This document shows positions 30,434-39,606 of a stretch of DNA of 64,000 nucleotides, in pieces. A program made the translations under genes and the position numbers. Under the pieces are notes generated by a model. The model ran no database searches, was not told the origin of the DNA, and saw only the letters and a program-made list of their open reading frames with translations. The stretch spans positions 1,737 through 65,736 of the forward strand of contig CAIKXD010000081.1 of NCBI GenBank assembly GCA_903831265.1. The letters are read 5' to 3'. This DNA is from an uncultured Bacteroidota bacterium (GTDB lineage: Bacteria; Bacteroidota; Bacteroidia; UBA4408). How positions within the stretch are numbered: position 1 is the first letter of the stretch; each line of letters opens with the position of its first letter.

Positions 30434-31354
30434 TCAACCTTTAACCCATCTAATAATTTTAGGCAAATTATTTTTACGAATTGAGCAATAGTTGATTGAC
30501 TTGGCTCCAAATCCCAGATAAAATCTTGCTAAGTTTTTGTTGTTTGATCCTTCAAAGTCTAGAAGTAATTTGGTTGATGCATTACTTTTAATAAAATTAT
30601 CTATCAATAAAGTCATTGCTCCGCAAGATTTAGCTTCATCATTTGCTCCCGAAAATAAAAAAATAGCCTGATCGTTGTATTTTATAAAAATGGCTCCGGC
30701 AATGTATAGGTTTGTGTTGTTTTTTACACCTGTGCAAATTAAAGCATTGTTATTGGCCAAAACTTTGCATAAATCTATTAACTTACTGTATATTTTATTT
30801 TTTAAATTTTTAATAGTTTTACCTTTATTAGATTTAAATAAATCTGCAATAGTTTGTGTACTAATATCATGGCAAATGCTGAGCTTACTTGCTTCTGCCT
30901 TTTTAAGGTTTCTAATAATTTGCTGAGAGTAATTGCCTTTTATTACTTCATATGAACTTGAAAGATCGAGGTGGCAGGTAATATTTTGTTTTGATGTGAA
31001 GGAACTATTCGATTGTATGTTAAAGGAGTTGAGGTTTAATTCAATGAGCTTAAACTTATTTGGAATTGCCGTTAAAAAATCATTAGTGGCATGCATGTGC
31101 TCTAAATCGGAATAAAAAACACCAAGCTGTTGGGTAAATGCGGGCTGAGCTAAGTAGGCTAAGGTAAATCTTTTACGCTGTGTAAGTGGCATAATGGCCT
31201 CGTAATTGCCCAATACAAGTGCATCCCAGTTAGGTGAAACTGCATCAAGGTACCACGAATAAGCATAAACTAACTGATTTGCGGCATTATCCAAACAATG
31301 ATTCCATGCTTCTTTATTAATTTCTTTGTGCGGTATATATTTTATAACTTTCAA
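30434..31354 (-). CDS. FemAB/GNAT-like acyltransferase-fold protein (putative)
   Basis: 306 aa. The C-terminal LLDFEGSN..NLARFYLGFGA region resembles the FemAB-like / BioF2-like acetyltransferase family. This is a weak call. Confidence 0.45.
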   Translation of the reverse strand: MKVIKYIPHKEINKEAWNHCLDNAANQLVYAYSWYLDAVSPNWDALVLGNYEAIMPLTQRKRFTLAYLAQPAFTQQLGVFYSDLEHMHATNDFLTAIPNKFKLIELNLNSFNIQSNSSFTSKQNITCHLDLSSSYEVIKGNYSQQIIRNLKKAEASKLSICHDISTQTIADLFKSNKGKTIKNLKNKIYSKLIDLCKVLANNNALICTGVKNNTNLYIAGAIFIKYNDQAIFLFSGANDEAKSCGAMTLLIDNFIKSNASTKLLLDFEGSNNKNLARFYLGFGAKSINYCSIRKNNLPKIIRWVKG

Positions 31355-31462
31355 TCAAATGATATTTGTTACAAAATAAAGAATAAAAAAAGAGGATTGT
31401 TATTTATTTTGGAATTGCAAAACAGATTCGAGAAAAAATTATTGTTTTTTACGAAGTTAAAT

Positions 31463-32149
31463 TCAATTGTTTAGCAGAAAAATTTCGAAAATATAATTAT
31501 CCTCAATAAGAAATTTTTTGGTTGCTTTTAACTCCATAATTAAGTTGTTTTTTTTGGCAATTTTATTGATTTCGCTTAAATTACATTGACTTGAAAGCAC
31601 CATTATTATTTTACTTTTAGGGCTCATAAAATGAACTGCTTGAGAGAAAAATTTTTGAAAATATTGGAACTCCTCTCCACAGTTCCAGGCTAGTTCAGCT
31701 TCAGTTTTAATTTTGTTAGGATAGTAGGGAGGGTTTACCAAAATAAAATCAAAAATAAATGGCTCAATGGCATCGAATAAATTACTTTCAATAATTTGTA
31801 ATGTATCTTTTGGCAACAATGTTTTGTTTGCTTGTTCATTCAATTGCAACCCATTTATTGCCTGTTTACTAAGTTCAAGGGCTACAACTTTTTTGGCTTT
31901 AAGCGCCAATAAAAATGAAATTAAACCATTTCCAGCTCCAACTTCAATTACACTTTTGTTACTAAAGTTAATTTGTTGAAGATATTGCAATAAAAATTTG
32001 GTGCTATAAAAAAAAGCAGGATGAAAAACACCAGGTAAAATAATTAAACGAAAAGGCACATAAGAAAAAAACCTAGGCTTTGTGAGATAATAAGCAAGTA
32101 TAGGTTTGTAAAAACGGGTTGTAATTTTCCGAAGGAGAAGCTGTAACAA
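31463..32149 (-). CDS. SAM-dependent methyltransferase with NPPY motif (HemK/PrmC-like)
   Basis: Motif I VIEVGAGNG and catalytic LVNPPYYP. Confidence 0.75.
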   Translation of the reverse strand: MLQLLLRKITTRFYKPILAYYLTKPRFFSYVPFRLIILPGVFHPAFFYSTKFLLQYLQQINFSNKSVIEVGAGNGLISFLLALKAKKVVALELSKQAINGLQLNEQANKTLLPKDTLQIIESNLFDAIEPFIFDFILVNPPYYPNKIKTEAELAWNCGEEFQYFQKFFSQAVHFMSPKSKIIMVLSSQCNLSEINKIAKKNNLIMELKATKKFLIEDNYIFEIFLLNN

Positions 32150-32154
32150 AATAT

Positions 32155-33201
32155 TTACACTTTTTTGAGTGTAAATATAAAGGTTGTTCCTTCACCTTCT
32201 GTACTTTTAACATCAATAGTTTGATTATGAGCTTCAATAATGTGCTTTACAATAGCTAAGCCAAGTCCTGTTCCTCCATGATCTCTAGAGCGTCCTTTAT
32301 CGACACGATAAAATCTTTCAAAAATGCGAGGTAAATGATGCTTTGCAATACCCATTCCATTATCACTTATTTCTATAACTACATGTTGGTATAAATCTGT
32401 AAATCTCACTTGAGATATTCCATCTTGTTTGCCGTATTTGATGGAATTTACAATTAAGTTGGTTACTACTTGTCTGATGTGGTGTTTATCGGCAGAAACA
32501 TAAATAGGCCTGTTGTAATTTTCGGCAAATTTTAGTTTAATATTTCTACCTGATGCTTTCATTTCGAGGCCAAGAAATAATTCGTTAACCAAAGCCACAA
32601 TGTCAAATTTCTCGAAGTATAAACTTAACTCACCCGATTCCATTTGTGAAATAGTATCTAAATCTTCTACAATTGAAATCATGCGCTCAACGCTTTTAGA
32701 TGCTCTAGTAAGATAATCAACATTTATGTTGTCATCCTCTAGCCCACCATCAAGTAATGTAAGAATATACCCTTGAATATTAAAGATGGGTGTTTTAAGT
32801 TCGTGAGAAACATTACCTACAAATTCTCTTCGATAAGCTTCAAGTTTTTTTAACTGTTCAATTTCATTTTTATTGCTCACGGCCCACTGCTGCACATCAG
32901 TATTTATTTCTTTAAAAATATCCTCGCCAAGATCTAAGTTTTCCATACTAAAATCCTTGGATGCTTTTAAATCGTGAACGGTAGTGTAGATGCTTTTAAT
33001 TTTATCGTAAATTAAAATTTTTAAAGAGGCAAATAGTAATAAATACGAAACTGCCATAGTGCCAAATCCAACAAAAAGTAATTGCACATGATTGCTTTCG
33101 GTAAAAGGAATTGGATTGGTAATAATCGAGAGCAATACCACAATTAATGCGATAATGATAGAAACAGCTAAAGCTATATTTCGTGGAGTGAATTTGTTCA
33201 A
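32155..33201 (-). CDS. sensor histidine kinase
   Basis: Two N-terminal transmembrane segments, H-box SHELKTP, N-box NLIVNSIKYG and G2 box GGTGLGLAIVK. Confidence 0.9.
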   Translation of the reverse strand: MNKFTPRNIALAVSIIIALIVVLLSIITNPIPFTESNHVQLLFVGFGTMAVSYLLLFASLKILIYDKIKSIYTTVHDLKASKDFSMENLDLGEDIFKEINTDVQQWAVSNKNEIEQLKKLEAYRREFVGNVSHELKTPIFNIQGYILTLLDGGLEDDNINVDYLTRASKSVERMISIVEDLDTISQMESGELSLYFEKFDIVALVNELFLGLEMKASGRNIKLKFAENYNRPIYVSADKHHIRQVVTNLIVNSIKYGKQDGISQVRFTDLYQHVVIEISDNGMGIAKHHLPRIFERFYRVDKGRSRDHGGTGLGLAIVKHIIEAHNQTIDVKSTEGEGTTFIFTLKKV

Positions 33202-33271
33202 GATGCGGAATTAATCTTTATTAATGTAACAAACAAAAATAAAATAAAATAGTGAGAAAATTGATTTTGGT

Positions 33272-33952
33272 TTATAAATCAAATTTATAGCCCACTCCTT
33301 TGATTGTTTTTATATAATTATCTCCTAATTTTTCTCTTAATTTTCTGATGTGAACGTCAATAGTTCTGTCGCCAACAACCACATCGCCACCCCAAACTTT
33401 ATCAAGAATTTCTTCTCTTAAAAATACTTTCCCTGGCTTCGACATCAACAGGGCCATTAGTTCGAACTCCTTTTTTGGTAAACTTACTGGTGTTCCGTCT
33501 TTAAACACAATAAATTTTTCTCTGTCTAAAACTAATCCGCCAATCTCAGCTTCAATATCTTTTTCATTCGAAAGAAAGCGTCTTAAAATGCCGGCAATTC
33601 TACTCAATAAAACTCTAGGTTTGATTGGTTTGTTGATATAGTCATCAGCACCAGCATCAAATCCTGCAATTTGCGAATAATCTTCATTGCGCGCTGTTAA
33701 AAAGGCAACCAAGGTGTCGGTAAGTGATTTTTCGTTTCTTATCTGACGGCATGTTTCTATACCATCTAATTCTGGCATCATTACATCAAGTAAAATGAGC
33801 TGTGGAAGAATTTCTTTTGCTTTGTTGATAGCGTCTTTACCGTTGTCGCAAACAAAAACTTGATAGCCTTCTCGCTTTAGGTTATAGCTTAAAAATTCTA
33901 AAATATCATTTTCATCATCAACAATTAGAATTTTAATATCTTCTTTATTCAT
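33272..33952 (-). CDS. OmpR/PhoB-family response regulator
   Basis: Receiver domain (DDEND, LLDVMMPELDG) plus a winged-helix C-terminus (RTIDVHIRKLREKL, GVGYKF). Confidence 0.92.
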   Translation of the reverse strand: MNKEDIKILIVDDENDILEFLSYNLKREGYQVFVCDNGKDAINKAKEILPQLILLDVMMPELDGIETCRQIRNEKSLTDTLVAFLTARNEDYSQIAGFDAGADDYINKPIKPRVLLSRIAGILRRFLSNEKDIEAEIGGLVLDREKFIVFKDGTPVSLPKKEFELMALLMSKPGKVFLREEILDKVWGGDVVVGDRTIDVHIRKLREKLGDNYIKTIKGVGYKFDL

Positions 33953-34259
33953 ATTTTAGAAATTTAATCTAAGAGCGGTGGTTTTGATTCAGCGCAAAGA
34001 TATCATTAAAGCGTCAATGACATGAAAATTAGAGTTCATTTAACTATTTCTTAATACACATCTGATAAAACATATCAAAGCTCTAAAGCTATTATCTTCC
34101 CTTTAAACTTATATTTCTTGGTAATTATTTAAATCAAACTAAGCCGTTGTGTTGTGCGGCTGTTTTTTTTAATCGAAAAAAATATTTTTATAGTTAATAC
34201 TAAATTAATATTGGTTTATAATATTATGTAGGTTCCTTAAAATTGTAAAATTCTCTAAT

Positions 34260-34952
34260 CTAAAGTAAATCCATTATTGGTTTAGGAATGCTGTTGTTTG
34301 GCCAAAAGTGATTAATCATATCTGACCAATAAAAAAGCACTTTAAAAACATAAATAGGAGCAGTGAGTTGTTCTTTAAATTGATTGTTTTTATATAATGC
34401 TAAACGCAATCCCATTTCGGTGCCAACTGCAATATAGGGTAATACTCGATAGTTTACACTTAAACATGGTTCATATAAAAGTACCAAATAACTTGGAGAT
34501 TGATAATTATTTTCGAGGTCGGAAAAAGCCACATATTTTGTAGAGCCAACGCCAAGCTGCACTGGAACCGAAAGTTCCCATTTGTTTTTTCGATAATAAA
34601 CATATTCCACATAAAAGCTCACGTAGCGCATGCGTAATGTGGTTTTTATAGGTTCGCCAGTTACAGTTGAAATTAAATTTACCTTTGCAGGAAGTCTAGA
34701 TTTAAGGTAATTATAGCCAACGCCAAATCTAATTCTTCGATTATATCCGATACCAAATTTTATACCCCAAACATTGGCATTTCTATTATCTATAAATGCA
34801 CTTCTGCTATCAAATTTATAATGAAAAACAGGTTTTTTCTTGAGATCAGATTTTATAGAGTCAAACAACTGCGCATTGCAAAATAAGCACTGGCAGCCAA
34901 GCAGCATAAGTAGAATAATCTTTTTTGACTGTATTGATATTGTTTTTTTCAA
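34260..34952 (-). CDS. hypothetical outer-membrane beta-barrel-like protein
   Basis: Signal peptide and alternating hydrophobic beta-strand pattern rich in aromatic residues. Confidence 0.5.
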   Translation of the reverse strand: MKKTISIQSKKIILLMLLGCQCLFCNAQLFDSIKSDLKKKPVFHYKFDSRSAFIDNRNANVWGIKFGIGYNRRIRFGVGYNYLKSRLPAKVNLISTVTGEPIKTTLRMRYVSFYVEYVYYRKNKWELSVPVQLGVGSTKYVAFSDLENNYQSPSYLVLLYEPCLSVNYRVLPYIAVGTEMGLRLALYKNNQFKEQLTAPIYVFKVLFYWSDMINHFWPNNSIPKPIMDLL

Positions 34953-35158
34953 TGTAGCTAATAGACTACAAACATAAGTATAAACAATCGTTGAACATTA
35001 AAAGCAATTTAAGTTTATCCACTTTTTATTGGTGATTTCTTATGATTTAAAACTTTGACAATATAAAATTAGTAAATGTTTGATTTGGCATTTATGCATT
35101 GTATTTATTGCATTGGAGTTTCAATTGAGAATAAATTTTTAGCCATATTTCGCGCTAG

Positions 35159-35317
35159 GAATCGTTGGTAAGTATAATTTTACAATGATTTCAAGTGCTC
35201 ACTTTCTGTTTTGGTTTTATAGAAAAGAGCGGGCTGTATTGAAACTCAAAATGGGAGTAACTGCTTTAGATTGAGGGAAAATGAAGTTGAGTAGTTTGCT
35301 AATGCGCAATTTGGGTT
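35159..35317 (+). repeat. dispersed non-coding repeat, copy B (most diverged)
   Basis: Aligns with copies A and C through GAATCGTTGGT, GCTCAC, CAAAATGGGAGTAA, GCTTTAGATTGAGG, TTGAGTAG and AATTTGGGTT. Confidence 0.8.
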
Positions 35318-35395
35318 GCAAAGAATATTTTACAGTAAAGCTACAATTATTAAGTATTTGATATACTATTGTAAAAATCATCAGAAATAAAAATA

Positions 35396-36076
35396 ATGAG
35401 CGATAACATACAAATAGAAACGAGTTGGAAGGATCAGCTAAAGAATGAGTTTAATCAGGATTATTTTGCACATATTAAGCAGTTTATAATCAATGAAAAA
35501 GCCAAAGGAAAGGAAGTATATCCACCCGGAAAATTGATGTTTAATGCATTTAATTTAACGCCATTTGAACAAGTAAAAGTGGTTATAATTGGACAAGATC
35601 CCTATCATGGAATGGGACAGGCGCATGGTTTAAGTTTTTCAGTGCCCTTAGGTGTAAAAACACCTCCTTCGTTACAAAATATTTATAAAGAAATTGAACA
35701 AGATTTAGGTTTCCCAATTCCCAATCACGGCAATTTATCAAATTGGGCGCAACAAGGTGTTTTGCTCCTAAATGCTGTATTGTCTGTAAATGCTGGTGAG
35801 CCGGCATCTCATAAAGCGGCAGGATGGGAGAATTTTACCAATGCGGTTATTTATCATCTTTCGAAAAAACGCCAAAATTTAGTTTTTATACTGTGGGGAA
35901 GATTTGCGCATGAAAAAGAACTTCTTATTGATGCTAATAAACATCTAATTTTAAAAGCGGCACATCCTTCTCCTTTTTCAGCTTATCAGGGGTTTATGGG
36001 ATGCAAGCATTTTTCTAAAACTAATGCTTATTTACAAAGTTGCAACCTTAAAACCATCGATTGGCAAATTATGTAG
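35396..36076 (+). CDS. ung: uracil-DNA glycosylase
   Basis: GQDPYH water-activating loop and HPSPFSA leucine-loop region. Confidence 0.95.
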   Translation: MSDNIQIETSWKDQLKNEFNQDYFAHIKQFIINEKAKGKEVYPPGKLMFNAFNLTPFEQVKVVIIGQDPYHGMGQAHGLSFSVPLGVKTPPSLQNIYKEIEQDLGFPIPNHGNLSNWAQQGVLLLNAVLSVNAGEPASHKAAGWENFTNAVIYHLSKKRQNLVFILWGRFAHEKELLIDANKHLILKAAHPSPFSAYQGFMGCKHFSKTNAYLQSCNLKTIDWQIM

Positions 36077-36188
36077 GTTTAAACAAATTGATTAATATGG
36101 CTGTTTGCATTGAAAATCATTTTTTAGGGTTAACAAACCTTAATTTTACTTATAATTGCATCCTATTTAAAATACAAAACTAAACGAT

Positions 36189-37166
36189 ATGAGAATCATA
36201 CAATTTCGCGAAGCATTAAGAGAAGCTTTAACCGAGGAAATGAGAAAAGATGAATCTGTTTTTTTAATGGGTGAGGAAGTGGCCGAGTATAATGGCGCAT
36301 ACAAAGTTAGTCAGGGTATGCTTGATGAGTTTGGCGATAAAAGAGTAATTGATACACCTATTGCAGAATTGGGATTTGCAGGAATTGCAGTTGGGGCAGC
36401 GATGAATGGTTTGAGACCAGTAGTCGAATTTATGACATTTAATTTTTCATTAGTAGCAATTGATCAGGTTATTAATTCGGCTGCAAAAATGATGAGTATG
36501 AGCGGTGGACAGTTCACCGTTCCTATAGTTTTCAGAGGCCCAACAGCTTCTGCTGGAATGCTAAGTTCACAACATTCTCAAGCATTTGAAAACTGGTATG
36601 CTAACTGCCCAGGATTAAAGGTTGTTGTGCCTTCTAATCCATACGATGCAAAAGGTTTATTAAAATCGGCTATACGCGATAACGACCCTGTAATTTTTAT
36701 GGAAAGCGAACAAATGTATGGCGATAAAGCTGAAGTGCCAGAAGAAGAATATTTGATTCCTATTGGTGTTGCCGATATTAAAAGAGCTGGAACTGATGTA
36801 ACACTAGTTTCGTTTGGAAAAATTATTAAAACATGCTATGCTGCTGCTGAAGAGTTAGAAAAAGAAGGAATAAGTGCCGAAATAATCGACTTAAGAACAG
36901 TAAGACCAATAGACTACGATTGCATTATTAATTCTGTAAAGAAAACAAATAGACTAGTAATTGTTGAAGAGGCATGGCCTCTAGCTTCCATCTCATCGGA
37001 AATAACTTTTAAGGTGCAAAAAGAAGCATTTGATTACCTAGATTCACCAATTTTAAGGGTAACAGCAGCTGATGTGCCACTACCATATGCACCCACATTA
37101 ATTGAAGCATCATTGCCAAATCCAACAAGAATTATTAAAGCAGTAAAGCAGGTTTTGTATAAATAA
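36189..37166 (+). CDS. pdhB: pyruvate/2-oxoacid dehydrogenase E1 component beta subunit
   Basis: 325 aa with the transketolase-like pyrimidine-binding region VIDTPIAELGFAGIAVGAA and a C-terminal domain. Confidence 0.9.
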   Translation: MRIIQFREALREALTEEMRKDESVFLMGEEVAEYNGAYKVSQGMLDEFGDKRVIDTPIAELGFAGIAVGAAMNGLRPVVEFMTFNFSLVAIDQVINSAAKMMSMSGGQFTVPIVFRGPTASAGMLSSQHSQAFENWYANCPGLKVVVPSNPYDAKGLLKSAIRDNDPVIFMESEQMYGDKAEVPEEEYLIPIGVADIKRAGTDVTLVSFGKIIKTCYAAAEELEKEGISAEIIDLRTVRPIDYDCIINSVKKTNRLVIVEEAWPLASISSEITFKVQKEAFDYLDSPILRVTAADVPLPYAPTLIEASLPNPTRIIKAVKQVLYK

Positions 37167-37187
37167 TATATTATCTTCTTTTCTGAA

Positions 37188-37226
37188 CTGCCACAAATAC
37201 TGCTTTTGTGGCAGTTTTGTTTTTTA
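37188..37226 (+). terminator. rho-independent terminator after pdhB
   Basis: Stem CTGCCACAAA (37188-37197) pairs with TTTGTGGCAG (37205-37214), followed by a T-rich tract. Confidence 0.85.
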
Positions 37227-37290
37227 TTAAGTTTGAACATACGTTTTGAATTAACTACTTTCGCAGAGCAAAAAAACTTTAATTTAAAAC

Positions 37291-38046
37291 ATGCAAGCAG
37301 TATTTAAAGTAATAGGAGTGATCTGGAAAATGCTGTTTTTGCTGCATTTTGCCGTAACTCTTATACTTTTATACCCATTATTTTATCTCTTTTTGATGCG
37401 TAAAGAGTGGTATTGGTTGGCGTTTAAATTAAAAAGACTGTGGGCACATATTCTCGTTTTTCCTGTTGGAATATTTTTTACCGTTGATTACAAATTTAAA
37501 CCAAAGCCAGGTAAAACTTATGTGTTTTGTGCTAATCATACTTCTTACATTGATATTATATTAAGCTATTGCGTTCTTGAGCATTACTTTATATTTATGG
37601 GAAAAGAAGAATTAAAAAAGGTACCCTTGTTTAAAATATTTTTCAAGGATATGAATATATTAGTCAATCGTAAAAGTATGACTGCTTCTTACCAAGCATT
37701 TAAAAGTGCAGCAAATGAATTAAGAAATGGACATAGTGTAATTTTATTCCCAGAAGGCACCATATCGCGCAGAGCGCCAATATTAAAAGATTTTAAAAGT
37801 GGCGCTTTTAGACTAGCTATTGATGAACAAATAGAAATTGTTCCAATTACCTTTGAAAACAACTGGAAATTACTACAAGACAGGGCTTTTTTACAAGGAA
37901 ACATGCGACCAGGATTAGCACGAATTGTTGTGCATGAGCCAATATCAACAAAGGGTTTAACTGAAAATGATGTAGAAACCCTAAAATTACAAGTAAAAAA
38001 AATTATTGAGGCGCCTTTAAAAAAATATAAGGAATTTAAGGGCTAA
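37291..38046 (+). CDS. plsC: 1-acyl-sn-glycerol-3-phosphate acyltransferase
   Basis: HX4D motif NHTSYID and FPEGT motif, with an N-terminal membrane anchor. Confidence 0.85.
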   Translation: MQAVFKVIGVIWKMLFLLHFAVTLILLYPLFYLFLMRKEWYWLAFKLKRLWAHILVFPVGIFFTVDYKFKPKPGKTYVFCANHTSYIDIILSYCVLEHYFIFMGKEELKKVPLFKIFFKDMNILVNRKSMTASYQAFKSAANELRNGHSVILFPEGTISRRAPILKDFKSGAFRLAIDEQIEIVPITFENNWKLLQDRAFLQGNMRPGLARIVVHEPISTKGLTENDVETLKLQVKKIIEAPLKKYKEFKG

Positions 38047-38252
38047 ATTTTTACCTATTAACGCCAGCTGAGTTTAATATAAGTGCGCAATAATTGTTTT
38101 TTGATTTACCTCACATATGAATTCATTGGCCTCAATTACCATTCATCATTGTGTGCTTTGATTAATATTGCAGTATATTAATCGTTCAGTTAATAATTTG
38201 TTGTTAATTCAAGTTAGGTGAATTAAGTCTATAAAACATAAATATTGTAAAC

Positions 38253-38495
38253 ATGAAACTAAAAAAAAACATAGCCACAAGTGAAAGTGGTTTCGTATTT
38301 AATCCTAGTTCGGGCGATAGTTTTTCGTTGAACATTATTGGAGCTGAGATATTACTACAAATGAAAGAAAGTAAATCTTCTGACGAAATTAAAAAAGATA
38401 TTCTTAATAGATATGAAGTAGATAAAAGCCTTCTTGAAAAAGATTGGGATGATTTTATGGCACAATTAAAAGACAATAACTTATTAGAGTTTTAG
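38253..38495 (+). CDS. PqqD-family peptide-binding chaperone (RRE-like)
   Basis: 80 aa. The pattern SGFVFNPSSGDSFSLNIIGAEILLQM...SSDEI...YEVD...LEKDWDDFMAQLKDNNLL follows the PqqD/RRE winged-helix layout. It is the first gene of the operon. Confidence 0.7.
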   Translation: MKLKKNIATSESGFVFNPSSGDSFSLNIIGAEILLQMKESKSSDEIKKDILNRYEVDKSLLEKDWDDFMAQLKDNNLLEF

Positions 38496-38510
38496 CTTTT
38501 TTTGATAAAA

Positions 38511-39566
38511 ATGAAAGATACATCAATAAAAAAATTAGTTATCGCCGTAACAGGCCTGAATGCCATTGACAGTCCTGGCCCAGGCATTGCTGTTATTAGA
38601 GGTATTCGTGATTGTAAGGATTGGGATGTGCGCATTATTGGTTTATCATACGAGAGTTTAGAGCCTGGAATTTATATGCACGATGTGGTAGATAAAACTT
38701 ACCAAATTCCATATCCATCTGCAGGAAGCGAAGCGCTTTTAAATCGTTTGATACATATACATGAATCAGAAAAAATTGATGTTATTATTCCTAATTTTGA
38801 TGCAGAGCTACAAAACTTCATTAAAATAAGCAATGATCTCAAAAAAATAGGAATTGGAACATTCTTGCCATCCTTAGCGCAGCTGGAGGCCAGAGATAAA
38901 GTTAATCTTTATCATTTTGGGACTCAACATAACCTGCTTGTACCAGCCGACAGAATTATTTATAAAGTTGACGATTTAAAAAGTGTAATTGATCAATTTG
39001 GTTCTCCCATTGTGGTTAAAGGAAAATACTACGAGGCAGTAGTTACATACACATTAGAGCAAGCGCAAAAAGCATTTCATAAATTACAAGCAAAATGGGG
39101 CTTGCCAATTATTGTTCAACAATTTATTAATGGCACAGAAATAAATATTGCCGCATTGGGCGATGGCAAAGGAAATACAATAAGCGCCATTCCAATGCGC
39201 AAACTATATATTACAGATAAGGGCAAAGCTTGGGCAGGAATTACATTAGAAGATAAATCACTCATTGATTTGGCTAAACATTTTATTTCAGTCACAAAAT
39301 GGAGTGGGGGATTTGAATTGGAAATAATGAGAACAGCAGATAATAAACCTTATATCATGGAAATTAACCCAAGATTTCCGGCATGGATATACTTAACCAC
39401 AGGCGCTGGTCAAAATCAACCAGAAGCTTTGGTTAAAATGGCCTTAGGTGAAGAAGTTAAACCCTATACAGATTACGAAGTTGGTAAAATATTTATCAGA
39501 TACAGTTGGGATTTGATTACCAATATTGAAGAATTTCAAAAAATTTCTGCTTTTGGCGAATTGTAG
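38511..39566 (+). CDS. ATP-grasp ligase
   Basis: ATP-grasp core with IVVKGK, QQFINGTEINIAALGDG and the Mg-binding motif MEINPRFPAW. The ORF is open from the TTG at 38502. Confidence 0.85.
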   Translation: MKDTSIKKLVIAVTGLNAIDSPGPGIAVIRGIRDCKDWDVRIIGLSYESLEPGIYMHDVVDKTYQIPYPSAGSEALLNRLIHIHESEKIDVIIPNFDAELQNFIKISNDLKKIGIGTFLPSLAQLEARDKVNLYHFGTQHNLLVPADRIIYKVDDLKSVIDQFGSPIVVKGKYYEAVVTYTLEQAQKAFHKLQAKWGLPIIVQQFINGTEINIAALGDGKGNTISAIPMRKLYITDKGKAWAGITLEDKSLIDLAKHFISVTKWSGGFELEIMRTADNKPYIMEINPRFPAWIYLTTGAGQNQPEALVKMALGEEVKPYTDYEVGKIFIRYSWDLITNIEEFQKISAFGEL

Positions 39567-39606
39567 CTTAAGCAAATCATATTCATATAACTAAAAACTA
39601 AAAGTT

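Noticed and set aside
38204-38476. 90-aa minus-strand ORF overlapping the PqqD-like gene
   Set aside because: It is antisense to a gene with a recognisable fold pattern, its sequence is S/F/L-rich and low-complexity, and it has no promoter or partner context.
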